Source: a virus
Strand: one strand, 5' to 3'
IMG/VR virus record: IMGVR_UViG_3300050821_003907
Location: 96,001 to 160,000 of that record
DNA: 64,000 nucleotides
Under the pieces are notes generated by a model. That model ran no database searches. It was not told the DNA's origin and worked only from the letters and a program-made list of their open reading frames with translations. The translations under genes and the position numbers were made by a program. Numbering within the stretch: the first letter of the stretch is position 1; each line of letters begins with the position of its first letter. Below, one piece after another: positions 52,872 to 62,467 of this stretch.

Positions 52872-53414
52872 TCATTCGCTTACCCTCCTGCCGTTAGGTG
52901 CATGCTTGTTAGCATTTTGCTCGGCTTGAGTGGCCCAGCGAACATTACCCGGTTCGTAGTTACCGTTGTTGTCCAGGCGGTCTAGTGTATGACCTTTAGG
53001 TCTAGGCCCTAGATTAGCCTCTAGCCACGTTACGAACGCTAGCGCATCTTCACGCCATTCCTCACACACCTGAATACCGCGTCCGCCATAGTGCTTATAG
53101 TTGTGCGCACCGACATCGTAACAACGCCTGCGCATGTTAAGCCATGTTTTGTAGAGAGGATGCTTACTGCTAAGCCCATGTGCTTCACCGAAGCCTTTGA
53201 AGCTGAGAAGTTCCCCGTCCACATAATCTTCTTTCCAGCAACCGCAACTCTTAGAGTGCCCGTTATTTAGCTGGAAAGCTAGAATGTCGCGTTCAGTTCC
53301 GCATTTACACCTACACGGTACCCAGCGGCGGAAGTGCCCCCGCTTATCAGGGAGCGTGTAACTATCACCGATGACAGTCCATCTATTGAACTCATCACCA
53401 ATAAGCGGGGGCAT
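52872..53414 (-). CDS. HNH homing endonuclease
   Basis: CRCKCG..SKSCGC..YKTWLNMRRRC..YGGRGIQVC..W..TLDRLDNNGNYEPGNVRWAT. Confidence 0.9.
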   Translation of the reverse strand: MPPLIGDEFNRWTVIGDSYTLPDKRGHFRRWVPCRCKCGTERDILAFQLNNGHSKSCGCWKEDYVDGELLSFKGFGEAHGLSSKHPLYKTWLNMRRRCYDVGAHNYKHYGGRGIQVCEEWREDALAFVTWLEANLGPRPKGHTLDRLDNNGNYEPGNVRWATQAEQNANKHAPNGRRVSE

Positions 53415-53431
53415 ATCCCCTACCTAACTAC

Positions 53432-54022
53432 TCAGGTACCGGGGCAGCCGTCTGCTTGCCAAGCGCCACCACCGGAGTTGGCGTAAATCTGGCCCGCAAC
53501 CTGCTCCTGCTGAGCAAGGCTGTCACCCGAAACGTTATACCCACTCGCCGGGATGATGCCGAACACGTTACCGCCAGCGGCGGGGTTAGTGCCGTTCGTG
53601 GACTCGCGGTAGGCGATGCAGTTCGCCATGGACGAGGACATGCCGGGGATGTTGTAGCCACCCGAGCCACCGCTAGAGCTACCGCCAGACGACGAGCCGT
53701 CGCTAGGCGCGGGAGCGCTGCTCTGGGAGCTGCCCGATGAGGACGAGTCTCCCGAGACGATGGCCGACGAATCACCGGAGGTGTCCGTGCTCACCGACGA
53801 CGGGGACGGGGAAGACTCAGCAGGCGCGCTAGCGCTGCCACCGCCTGAAAGGTTAATCGACTCGCCGATGTAAATGAGATTGGGATTGCCAATCTGAGGA
53901 TTGGCCGCTTCGAGCTGGCTCAGCGAGACGCCGTTGCTAGCAGCGATGCCGCTTAGCGTGTTGCCCGACTGAGTCGTGTAGACAGAAGCAGCAAGTGCGA
54001 GTGCATGAAACATGAAAAGCAT
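53432..54022 (-). CDS. LysM plus Rpf-like/transglycosylase-like secreted muralytic enzyme
   Basis: LysM YTTQSGNTLSGIA..NPNLIYIGESINL; Ser/Gly linker; CIAYRES..G.FGI..QQEQVA..IY..GGGAW..C. Confidence 0.75.
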   Translation of the reverse strand: MLFMFHALALAASVYTTQSGNTLSGIAASNGVSLSQLEAANPQIGNPNLIYIGESINLSGGGSASAPAESSPSPSSVSTDTSGDSSAIVSGDSSSSGSSQSSAPAPSDGSSSGGSSSGGSGGYNIPGMSSSMANCIAYRESTNGTNPAAGGNVFGIIPASGYNVSGDSLAQQEQVAGQIYANSGGGAWQADGCPGT

Positions 54023-54111
54023 TCCTATCTTTAGGGTATGTAGGTACTGCGCTGTCGAATAGGCGTATCACCTCCCTTAAGGCCCCTGGCTTCCCCTGCC
54101 GTCAACAGGGC

Positions 54112-54393
54112 TTACAGCACGCGCCGGTAGGCGGCAAGATTCGAAAGGGCTTTATCTAGGCGTGGGACAGCCGTGTGTATTTCCCGCATTGCCTCGTTCA
54201 GGATGTTTTCCATTCGCTGAATGTCGTCAGCAGTAGTGTTGCGGATGCCGAAAGCAATCTCTTCTAGCGCTTCGCAGGCTTGCGCGATAACGAAATTAGC
54301 TTTGCTAGTGTGCTCACTAGCCTCATCGAGAGGGTTATAAGCTTCCATTCCCAGCCGGATTTGCTCTTTCCAGTTATCATTCATTTCAGTCAT
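54112..54393 (-). CDS. hypothetical helical protein
   Basis: Coupled ORF. Confidence 0.55.
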   Translation of the reverse strand: MTEMNDNWKEQIRLGMEAYNPLDEASEHTSKANFVIAQACEALEEIAFGIRNTTADDIQRMENILNEAMREIHTAVPRLDKALSNLAAYRRVL

Positions 54394-55081
54394 TTCGTTG
54401 CGCCTTTACAGGTACGTCGCGAGTCTTCAGCTTCATCACAAGGCGCTCACCGCCGCGCGTGAAGAGCGGAACAGCAGGCGTGCCCACTACTCCCTCAATC
54501 ACAACGCCGCGCTTGTGCCAGTACGACAGGAACGTGCCGCTCTTGATGGCTTCCCACGCTTCTACCGGAGAATATATCCAGTAAATTTCGGGAACCAGGC
54601 CGATTTCGAAGTAACGCGCTACGTCCTTAACGTCTTCAGGGGTGAGCCACCACTTACCGACGCGCACGTCGAACAGGATGAAGCTAACGTTATCCCGGTA
54701 CAAGCCACCGCCCTTCTGAATTCGTGGCCCGTAGCCCTCACCGTAAAGCGTGACAGACGGCTTCTCGCCGTCAGTGAACAGGAATTTCTTCTCCCACTTA
54801 CTGGCGTCAAGCAGGCCCAGGTTGCGGATTGCTTCTGTCAGGTGCGCGGGCATCTGCGCGTTGTCGGTTCGTCCACCGAGAACTACGCTCTCGCCGTTCC
54901 AGTAAAGACGGGTGTTCGTGCCGTCAATTTTCTCTGTCCAGCGCCAGGGGCGGTCCTTCAGGTACGCGAATTCCGGCAGGGACCAGTCCCATTCAATGAT
55001 GGGGTTGTTCTTGGCGTCGGTGTCCCGCTTGAACGCTGTGTGGATTTTGTGGTATGGAGGACCAAAGGGCGAATCCGTCAT
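54386..55081 (-). CDS. RNA ligase-like nucleotidyltransferase (Rnl2-like)
   Basis: YHKI..FKR, TEKIDGTN (motif I KxDG), LYGEGYG, FILFDV, EGVV, MKLK. Confidence 0.85.
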   Translation of the reverse strand: MTDSPFGPPYHKIHTAFKRDTDAKNNPIIEWDWSLPEFAYLKDRPWRWTEKIDGTNTRLYWNGESVVLGGRTDNAQMPAHLTEAIRNLGLLDASKWEKKFLFTDGEKPSVTLYGEGYGPRIQKGGGLYRDNVSFILFDVRVGKWWLTPEDVKDVARYFEIGLVPEIYWIYSPVEAWEAIKSGTFLSYWHKRGVVIEGVVGTPAVPLFTRGGERLVMKLKTRDVPVKAQRND

Positions 55082-55306
55082 GGCAATCTCCTGTCTTTCT
55101 TGTCCTTGCGGTAGCGGAAGTACAGCCTGGTGAGCGCGTAAGCCGTCAGGGCCAGTCCTACCCAGAACAACGGAGTCACTTGCGGTTATTCCCGCTCTCT
55201 CGTTTCTTGCGAGCTTTCTCAGCTCGCTCTCGCCACAGCCACAGGCTGAACATTGCCGCCCAGAAGGACACGAACGCTACCCAGAAAAGCACATCGAAGA
55301 CTAGCA

Positions 55307-55513
55307 TCACGTCTCATAGTCAGGATAGAACTCCAGGACCTCTTCGTACAAGCGCCTAGAGGCAACAGGCAACAGCTCTCGCAATGCCCATACAACGCTG
55401 TCCACTGCTTCAACGGGCTGACTGGGATTGCCATCAATCGCTGAATCAGATTCCTTCTGCTTGACCTCGCGCAGCTTGGCGATTAGCAGGTCAACGTCGA
55501 TGGTGGTATCCAT
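55307..55513 (-). CDS. hypothetical protein
   Basis: Short ORF. Confidence 0.5.
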   Translation of the reverse strand: MDTTIDVDLLIAKLREVKQKESDSAIDGNPSQPVEAVDSVVWALRELLPVASRRLYEEVLEFYPDYET

Positions 55514-55515
55514 TT

Positions 55516-55899
55516 TTACACTCCCAAAGATGCAGCGAAGTTAAGCAGGTCAGTACCGCTGTCAGCGTTAACCACAAGAAAGCCCTGCGAGCAGTTAACT
55601 GAAATCTTACCGCTGTCGTGCAGCGTGGTGATGGCTTGCCTGAATCCGCTCTCGCCCGCGCATCCCTGGCTAGCCCATTCCGCGCGGCCAGCGACGTTAA
55701 GGCCGATGTCTGATGCAGAGTTGTTGCTGATGCCGGGTGCTTGCGAGTACCCGTCGTGCTGAAGCTTCTGGAGTGGCGTGGCAGGCGGCTTGGGTGAGCT
55801 ACCGCTCAGCAGCAGGGCTGAGATGCCCGCGATAGCGCCTATCAGGATGATGATTATCCCGATTGCGATGGCCTTGGCCGGGTGCTTGAAGATGCTCAT
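55516..55899 (-). CDS. membrane-anchored or secreted protein
   Basis: N-terminal TM; AAGGA RBS. Confidence 0.6.
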   Translation of the reverse strand: MSIFKHPAKAIAIGIIIILIGAIAGISALLLSGSSPKPPATPLQKLQHDGYSQAPGISNNSASDIGLNVAGRAEWASQGCAGESGFRQAITTLHDSGKISVNCSQGFLVVNADSGTDLLNFAASLGV

Positions 55900-56220
55900 T
55901 GTTTCGTCCTTACAGGCTCAGGGTAAGAACCTACGTAGTTACTGCTCGAAGTTATGGCACTTGTCAGGGTAAAGGCATTCACCACGAGCAAGGCAAGCGC
56001 AGTGCGCATACCAGGCTTGGTGACAGTTCTTGCACTTGTCTACGGGATGCGGCAATGTATTACCTCCGGTTTGAGTCTAGCCATATGCCGAATGTGGTGC
56101 ATGCACCGCCGCATGCCAGCCCTATCAGAATCGCAGCGAAATCTGAATGCACGTGAGCAAAGGCAGTTATCAGCACGGCTGATACGATGCCTGTTATGAT
56201 GCCGATGAACGTGAACGGCA

Positions 56221-56517
56221 TTAGCCTCCCTTCCTGATTTCGAGAAGCTCGTACTCACCAACGCGCGCTTCCTTGAACAGGGCCATAGCCTCATCAAAGG
56301 ACTCAACGTCGATTAGCGTGTGGAATGGTGTCTGCGCACTGTGCGCCTTGTACTTAATGGCGTAAGTGTTCTTCGCAAGCCTGTTGTTAGCTGCTGATGG
56401 CGTAAGCCCCTCTAGCCGCAGCTCAAGGAAACGGGTTAGCTTCTCCATCGCCAGCTTGGAAGGGTTTTGCTCTCGCAGCGTCTTAAGCGCTATCTCGTCT
56501 GTCCATACGTACGTCAT
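56221..56517 (-). CDS. hypothetical protein
   Basis: AAGGA RBS. Confidence 0.55.
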   Translation of the reverse strand: MTYVWTDEIALKTLREQNPSKLAMEKLTRFLELRLEGLTPSAANNRLAKNTYAIKYKAHSAQTPFHTLIDVESFDEAMALFKEARVGEYELLEIRKGG

Positions 56518-56670
56518 GTTAATATCCTTCTGGTCCGGGGAAAACGAAACTCGCGATTATTATGAGGATGGCCGGGATGAACAGCGGTGCGAACCACCAG
56601 CTGTGCAGGCCAATCTCCACGTACAAGCCCGCGCCCATGCAGGCAAGCGCGAACAGCCCGAACATGGCCA

Positions 56671-57252
56671 CTACAGGCCCCTCGCACGGAGCTTAGCGGC
56701 CATGTCCAGTGCTCCCGCCGCGTGCATGCGCATCTGCGCGCTCTCGCGGGCGAGAACAGCCTGCTTGCTAACGACAGGTGCCGGACGGGCACTGACCTTA
56801 GCCGCGCTCTTGCTCTTGCCGGTAGCCGACTCAACGCCCTTAGCGAGTGCCCAGATGCCGAATGCCATCCCGATGACCAGCACGAACCAGGCAGCGCCAT
56901 GCGACTCAGGGTAGGGACGCGCGATAGCGAAGGTCACCAGCGACAGGATGATAGCGCCGACGCCACCAAAGATGCCAGTCAGGCCAGGGTGAGTCTGAGC
57001 AGGGCTTCCGCCCCACTTCTCTTCCTCCTTGTTGATGTACCAGGCAGCGCCCATGACGCCAGCGGCGGCAACAGCCTCACTAGCGGCCATGCCAGCGCCA
57101 CCAGCGCGCATGATGGGACCAGCGAGGTTGGGACCGCCCCCGCCTAGGCCCTTGGTGATGACGGCGTTCATGGCGTTGCCAGCGGTGCCCATGGCACGAG
57201 TCTGGCCCCGCATGACGTAACGCGCTGCGAACAGCGGCCAGATGCGAATCAT
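56671..57252 (-). CDS. membrane protein
   Basis: Gly/Ala-rich amphipathic N-terminus plus TMs. Confidence 0.6.
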   Translation of the reverse strand: MIRIWPLFAARYVMRGQTRAMGTAGNAMNAVITKGLGGGGPNLAGPIMRAGGAGMAASEAVAAAGVMGAAWYINKEEEKWGGSPAQTHPGLTGIFGGVGAIILSLVTFAIARPYPESHGAAWFVLVIGMAFGIWALAKGVESATGKSKSAAKVSARPAPVVSKQAVLARESAQMRMHAAGALDMAAKLRARGL

Positions 57253-57485
57253 AAGGATAGTCTCCGTTCTCGGTGCCCGTCAGGATGCAGGATGTAAACC
57301 CAGTCTTGAATACCGCCCTGCCCGCCACTAGAGCGTGACGGCTGGTACTCTTCCAGCTCATTCAGTCTAGCGCTAGCCGCTGCCTTGGCTTCTGCGTACG
57401 TGGGATAGGACGCCTTATAGGGCCGGGTGCTGATGTAGTAAAACTCCCCGTCGAACCGGTCCATGCCCATCAAGCGGTATTCCAT
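57249..57485 (-). CDS. hypothetical protein
   Basis: GGAGG RBS. Confidence 0.55.
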   Translation of the reverse strand: MEYRLMGMDRFDGEFYYISTRPYKASYPTYAEAKAAASARLNELEEYQPSRSSGGQGGIQDWVYILHPDGHRERRLSL

Positions 57486-57537
57486 ATGCCCTCCATCTGC
57501 GTAAGGAACCGAAAATCTGCGTAATGTGCGTAAGGAA

Positions 57538-57810
57538 TCAGGACTCGCCTACAGCGATAGCCCAGATAACAGACCCGATTACGGAGATGAACAGGGGAAT
57601 CAGGAACACGAATCCAACCTGCCCGTTCTGGTGAACAGCCTGATGCAGGGAAAATGACGCGTGTTGGTGCTGACCGTCCTCAATCATGAACTTAACAGCC
57701 ATGTAGGTAGACCAGATAAACCAGAGACCGATAATCTCGCCGGTAAACCACATGCCGAACTTCTCCACAGACCCACTCCTGGTAATCGCTGTTAAAGGTT
57801 CAGCCCGCAA
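57538..57810 (-). CDS. two-TM membrane protein
   Basis: Two hydrophobic helices. Confidence 0.55.
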   Translation of the reverse strand: MRAEPLTAITRSGSVEKFGMWFTGEIIGLWFIWSTYMAVKFMIEDGQHQHASFSLHQAVHQNGQVGFVFLIPLFISVIGSVIWAIAVGES

Positions 57811-58227
57811 GCTGAGCTTGGATGCCCCGCAGGCATGCTACAACGCGCTCACGCGCCGCCTGATTCCCCGCAGGGAAGACTTAAGCAGTCAGGATGATGG
57901 TCTGGAGGGTAAGGGTCTAGCGGGTCAGGACAGCACCACGGGTCACCGGAGTCTAGCGGAGCAAACCACTGACCGGTCCTGTCACGCACCACGTACTTGC
58001 CGCAGCCCGCGCACGTTTCCCAGTCGGTGAGCCAGTAGTCAAGGAAATGCGTCATCACTGCCCCGTTGTAGGGTCGTCGTCAGGCGCAACGGAAGACTCA
58101 CCCGGTAGTGTCCCGGCAGGGTTGCCCGCGAACGGCCAAGTGGCATTCCACGGGTTAACCTGAAGCTTCTGGCGCTCCTTCTCCTTGTCAAACTGCTCCC
58201 AGTATTCCTCATCAAACATATCGTCCA

Positions 58228-58677
58228 TTACATGTCCTTAAGGAGTGTCCTGATGGTTTCCAGGCGCGTTAGCGCGTGACGCAAGTACATGTTTTCCATG
58301 GCATCAAGCTTAATTCGCACGCCACTGTAGTCATTCTGGTTCGATAGCGCGTAAATGCTATCGGCTTGCATGGCAGTCCCGTCAAGCAAGTCACGGAATT
58401 CCCCGGTAAGCTTCTGCACGCGAGTGCGCTTATGGTCAAGCACTGTAACCTCAATGCGCTCAACCGCGCCTTTGATGTAGTTGTCGCTGCGAATCGTCGT
58501 CCTGACCAGTTCCTCTAGCTCACTGAGCAAAGGCAGCTCGAACATTCCGAAAATCAGGTCGGACAAAGCCGCACGGTAATTGTCACGCTCAGCAGCCGGG
58601 GCCATTGAGGAATCGAATTCGGCGTTAAGGTTACGCGCGTTCTGAAGCGCCTTTACAAGCAGGTCCTTGTCAATCAA
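58228..58677 (-). CDS. hypothetical helical protein
   Basis: Coupled ORF. Confidence 0.55.
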   Translation of the reverse strand: MIDKDLLVKALQNARNLNAEFDSSMAPAAERDNYRAALSDLIFGMFELPLLSELEELVRTTIRSDNYIKGAVERIEVTVLDHKRTRVQKLTGEFRDLLDGTAMQADSIYALSNQNDYSGVRIKLDAMENMYLRHALTRLETIRTLLKDM

Positions 58678-58970
58678 AGCTCTAGCCCTTCTCCTGCCGA
58701 GAGACCCGCGTCATAGCCGTCGCTATAACCATCGTCGTAACCGCTATAGGCTTCCGCAGCCTCATCGTAAGCGTTCTGGCTACCAGCGTCGTACCCGGTT
58801 TGATACGCAATCTCGCGTACCTCTTCCACGAGCGCCCACATGGCAAGCTGCCGGTCTACCACAAGCAGGTCAGGGTCAGTGATGTCGGCAATGGCAACGG
58901 CAATAGCCGTGCTATCAAGCTTTCCCCACCGGTCTGTCAGGTTCCTCACTTGCTGTTCCTCCATCGCCAT
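58674..58970 (-). CDS. hypothetical protein
   Basis: AYxxGYDAG repeats. Confidence 0.55.
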   Translation of the reverse strand: MAMEEQQVRNLTDRWGKLDSTAIAVAIADITDPDLLVVDRQLAMWALVEEVREIAYQTGYDAGSQNAYDEAAEAYSGYDDGYSDGYDAGLSAGEGLEL

Positions 58971-59488
58971 GCGTCTATTTCAGCCCCCAAGATTGCCCCT
59001 ACAAGCAAGCCCACGCCTGAAAAGAGAATTCCCCAGAATGCTGATAGTGCCACGCTAGCGTGCGACGATGATGCTAGCCACACACCGCACAAGCTTCCGC
59101 CAATCCAGCCATACAGCGCGAACATTACATAATGCAGAAAGAAGTTCCTAATCCTTTTCATTAGCATCCTCTTTCGGCTCAGGCTTGACAGGCACCTTTC
59201 GGCCTAGCGTCCCGTGAAAGGGATTACGCCCGTACTCAGTTATTGGGCACCACCAGTTTCCGTTGCCCCCACGATTAGCAGGCTTGCTGTAGTCGCTACT
59301 CTTGGCCATTAACGGAAGAACCTTCTCACGTTGCGGATTAGGACTCGGGTGGTGAAGAGGACCGTTACGATAACGGTCCCCTCCACGCTCATTATCAGCA
59401 GGTCCATTACAGGACCTTGCGAAGCACCCGCCGTAGGGCAAAGCCCACGACCATGCCGAGAACCACGCGGATTAGCATGCGCATCTTG

Positions 59489-60823
59489 TTACCTCCCCAT
59501 CATCTTGTTCAGGCGGTCCTGCGCAGTCTCCTGACTGGCAGGTTCAGGAACGGGTTTAGCCGGTCCCGGCTCTGTAACGGGCTCAGACGGCTTGGACACC
59601 TCAGCCTTGGGCGTGGCCGCGCGTGAGCGCTTCAGCCCGTCAGCGTTGGCCTTGGGGTCGTCTGCAAGCCCTAGCTCAATCTCCCACTGCTCAGGCTCAT
59701 CGCTGGTAACCTCTGGCTCGGGATACTTTGCCTTGAGCAGCGCGTTCGCAGCGGGAACGACATCATCACGGAATCGCACGCGCACGGTCTTGCCCTGGCT
59801 GCCGTCCCACTTGGGAGTGGAGTCACAGTCAGCCGCGCGGTGCATCAGGTCAACCAGTCCCTTGCTCGTCAGCCCGTCGTAGACCTCACCAGCGTGCGGC
59901 ATGGTCAGCAGCCCGTCAAACAGGGTCTTGACTGGCAGGTGCTTCGCGCCCTTGTTAGCCCGGAACACATCGGCCATGTCCAGTAGCGCCTGCTCACGCG
60001 GGGTGAGCACCGGACGGTCAGACTCATCTAGCGCCAGTTCCTCGAACGCCATGAGGCACCGAACCGGCCACTCGCCGCCAGCAGCAGCGGCAACGGCAAA
60101 GAGAGGCATGAACACCTCAGCCTTACGGTTGACCAGCTTGGGGTGCATGCGACGGCTAGGCGTGTTACGCGCCCAGTTCTTAAGGTCGTCCTTAGTGGAC
60201 CGCACCCAACGGTGCAGAGACTTACTGTACGCCTCACCAAGTACGATAGTGTCATCCGCTCCCGTGGGGCGAAGGTCCATTGAACCAGGCTTAGGGTCCA
60301 TGTCGATGACGATGCACCGCGAGAGAAGGTCACTGGGAACAGCGTTACCCAGTCCCGCGAGGAAACACATGCCGTAAATGCTCACTAGGTTAGCGTTATG
60401 GCCAGAACTGAACAGGTGGGTTGCGTTATTCCGGTAACCACGCAAGAACGGGTCATACAGCGGATGCGATTGACCACCAAGACCATTACGGCCAAAGATG
60501 TGGTGAATCTCATCCTTAACGACGGACAGTGCAGGCTTACCGTCATTGTTGATGTACGCACTCGACAGACCGGGAGTAGTGCCAGAGCCATCAAGGGGGT
60601 TGCCCGCTAGAAGCTTGGCGATGTCTAGCGCCGTAGTCTTACCACTCTGAGCCGAACGCCCACGGAACATAACACGGGGAACCGCCGTGAACGCATCGCA
60701 CGCATGGCTAACAGCCAACGCAAGCGTAAAGGCGTCCAACTTAGCCGGGGAAGCGTAAAGAATTTCTGACACGAAACCGTGAACTTCGTCCAGAACAGTG
60801 CTATCAAAAGTAACGTCCGTCAT
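59489..60823 (-). CDS. DUF3631-type P-loop ATPase (putative replication/helicase-like protein)
   Basis: Walker A GRSAQSGKTT, Walker B KDE, SRCIVI.M, P....R....PL.AVA..AGG.WP. Confidence 0.7.
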   Translation of the reverse strand: MTDVTFDSTVLDEVHGFVSEILYASPAKLDAFTLALAVSHACDAFTAVPRVMFRGRSAQSGKTTALDIAKLLAGNPLDGSGTTPGLSSAYINNDGKPALSVVKDEIHHIFGRNGLGGQSHPLYDPFLRGYRNNATHLFSSGHNANLVSIYGMCFLAGLGNAVPSDLLSRCIVIDMDPKPGSMDLRPTGADDTIVLGEAYSKSLHRWVRSTKDDLKNWARNTPSRRMHPKLVNRKAEVFMPLFAVAAAAGGEWPVRCLMAFEELALDESDRPVLTPREQALLDMADVFRANKGAKHLPVKTLFDGLLTMPHAGEVYDGLTSKGLVDLMHRAADCDSTPKWDGSQGKTVRVRFRDDVVPAANALLKAKYPEPEVTSDEPEQWEIELGLADDPKANADGLKRSRAATPKAEVSKPSEPVTEPGPAKPVPEPASQETAQDRLNKMMGR

Positions 60824-60848
60824 TTCAGCTCCAACCTAATCGACGGGT

Positions 60849-61454
60849 TTAACGAAAGTGCGCCAATGGGCGACTAGCTAGGTACGCCTCCAACAGCGGG
60901 ATGCGCATTGCAATGCTTACCCTGATTCGTTCGTACTCCGGTAGGAATCGGAGATTGCAGGCTTCGCAAGTGAATCCCCTGAAACATTTAACGCACCCCC
61001 TATTGTCATGGTTGCATTCGTTAATATGTGCGTGGTCTAGGTGCACACCTCTATAAGAGAACCAGTCAACCGACTCAGCACACACTGCGCACACTGAACC
61101 GCTTTCGGCAAAGGCTGCGTAGATGCCTAGCTCATCTTTATTCGTCATGTTGAGTGCTTTACGCGCTGAGAAACAGCGCATGCAAAACGGGTGGTATTGG
61201 TCGCGCAATCCATCTTTAGACTTCTGACGAAAAGCAACCGGTGTTATCTCGCACTCTAGGCAAAGGTGGTTAGCTTGACGAGTAATGCGGGTGGCTCCCC
61301 AACACACTTTGCATTGAGAAACTTCACCTTTAAGGAACTTATAGTACCCTACCGCTTTTTCATCTCCGCAATCACACCGCGTGAGAATCATTTTCTGTGG
61401 GCGCTTACCCGTGTGGATGAGGTAGGGTTCGCCAATAGCAACGCGATTACCCAT
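60849..61454 (-). CDS. endonuclease VII-like homing endonuclease
   Basis: CAVC....HLDHAH..C..CFRGFTCEACN; AT-rich. Confidence 0.75.
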   Translation of the reverse strand: MGNRVAIGEPYLIHTGKRPQKMILTRCDCGDEKAVGYYKFLKGEVSQCKVCWGATRITRQANHLCLECEITPVAFRQKSKDGLRDQYHPFCMRCFSARKALNMTNKDELGIYAAFAESGSVCAVCAESVDWFSYRGVHLDHAHINECNHDNRGCVKCFRGFTCEACNLRFLPEYERIRVSIAMRIPLLEAYLASRPLAHFR

Positions 61455-61481
61455 CTGTAACCTCCAACCTCACGGACGCGC

Positions 61482-61634
61482 TTATCGTTGGCGCGTTGTC
61501 CTGTACATCATGTACAGGCAAAGCATTTCCGGTAGCAAGAACGCTACCGACCATGCGTGAATGAACGGTGCACTGGCAATAAGCGCGACCATGGACACAG
61601 CCAGGCCGACGAACCACCATACGGGTGCTTTCAT
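61482..61634 (-). CDS. 50-aa membrane protein
   Basis: MKAPVWWFVGLAVSMVALIASAPFIHAWSVAFLLPEMLCLYMMYRTTRQR; start overlaps upstream TGA. Confidence 0.55.
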   Translation of the reverse strand: MKAPVWWFVGLAVSMVALIASAPFIHAWSVAFLLPEMLCLYMMYRTTRQR

Positions 61635-61795
61635 TGGCACTTCCTCATTACCATGCTGTAACGGGCAAGGCAGAAGAACTCAGGCACGAGGAAAGGCGTG
61701 CCCCAGATATGGGGATGGAAAGCAAAGTCCACGGCAAAGATTCCGGCAATGCAGAGCATCGCGCCTGCAAACCAGAACATGGCTTCCCTGCTCAT
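61631..61795 (-). CDS. 54-aa membrane protein
   Basis: GAGGGGG RBS; MSREAMFWFAGAMLCIAGIFAVDFAFHPHIWGTPFLVPEFFCLARY... Confidence 0.55.
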   Translation of the reverse strand: MSREAMFWFAGAMLCIAGIFAVDFAFHPHIWGTPFLVPEFFCLARYSMVMRKCQ

Positions 61796-62254
61796 CAACG
61801 TCCCCCTCTTAAAGTCTATTGGCCGCAGGCCGGGGCGGCGTTGTCGCCGCTCCCAGCCTGCAATTTGCTTATTCAGTTGTTTCTGAGTGCAGAGTGTTTG
61901 CTAACCGCATCAAGTACGGAGTCAACTCTAACTGCATCTATTTGTTTTATGCGAGACTACTAGTCCCTGTTCCTGATGGTCTTAACCGGGTAGGTCCCCC
62001 GGCCATCGTTGCGGAAGCGTCGGACGGCGGTCACGACGATGGGAGTGTCCTCGCCAGCGGCAGCCTGAGCAGCGGCGGCAGCGCTGAAAGCGCCGTCAGC
62101 CTCAACCTCAACGGTGTCGGTGGAAAGAACCTTGAAATCAACCTCGTAGCGGTTGGCAGCCATTTTACGGCCTTTCTGTTTGGGTACATGAACGTTCACG
62201 TCTGCTTATTCCGTTATTATTCACTTGTACTACTCCCGCTTCCCAGCGGGAAGC

Positions 62255-62467
62255 CTATCCGCTGAAGCCAGCGGACTCCATGAAACGCTCACGGTCGAAC
62301 GAGTCATTATCGAAAGCGAAGTACGCAGCGAAGTCCTCAGCAACCCGCTTGAGCGCTACCGCGCCGCGCGTGTCAAAGGTCGTGTGACCCACGATGTCGC
62401 GTTGCTCCCGCTCAACCTGCGTTCGCAGGATGCGCGCCACGTCCTGAAACTGCTTTCTCGTATACAT
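62255..62467 (-). CDS. conserved phage protein
   Basis: TRKQF..VA..L...FA.DN..FDRERF..AG pattern. Confidence 0.6.
   Translation of the reverse strand: MYTRKQFQDVARILRTQVEREQRDIVGHTTFDTRGAVALKRVAEDFAAYFAFDNDSFDRERFMESAGFSG

Noticed and set aside
53650-53850. Low-complexity GAC/GAG-rich repeats
   Set aside because: They encode the Ser/Gly linker of the LysM-Rpf protein and are not a DNA repeat array
54398-55114. 238-aa plus-strand ORF
   Set aside because: Antisense shadow of the RNA ligase-like gene
61498-61550. Perfect hairpins CCTGTACA/TGTACAGG and CGGTAGC/GCTACCG as an ncRNA
   Set aside because: They lie inside the 50-aa membrane ORF; short, with no larger structure
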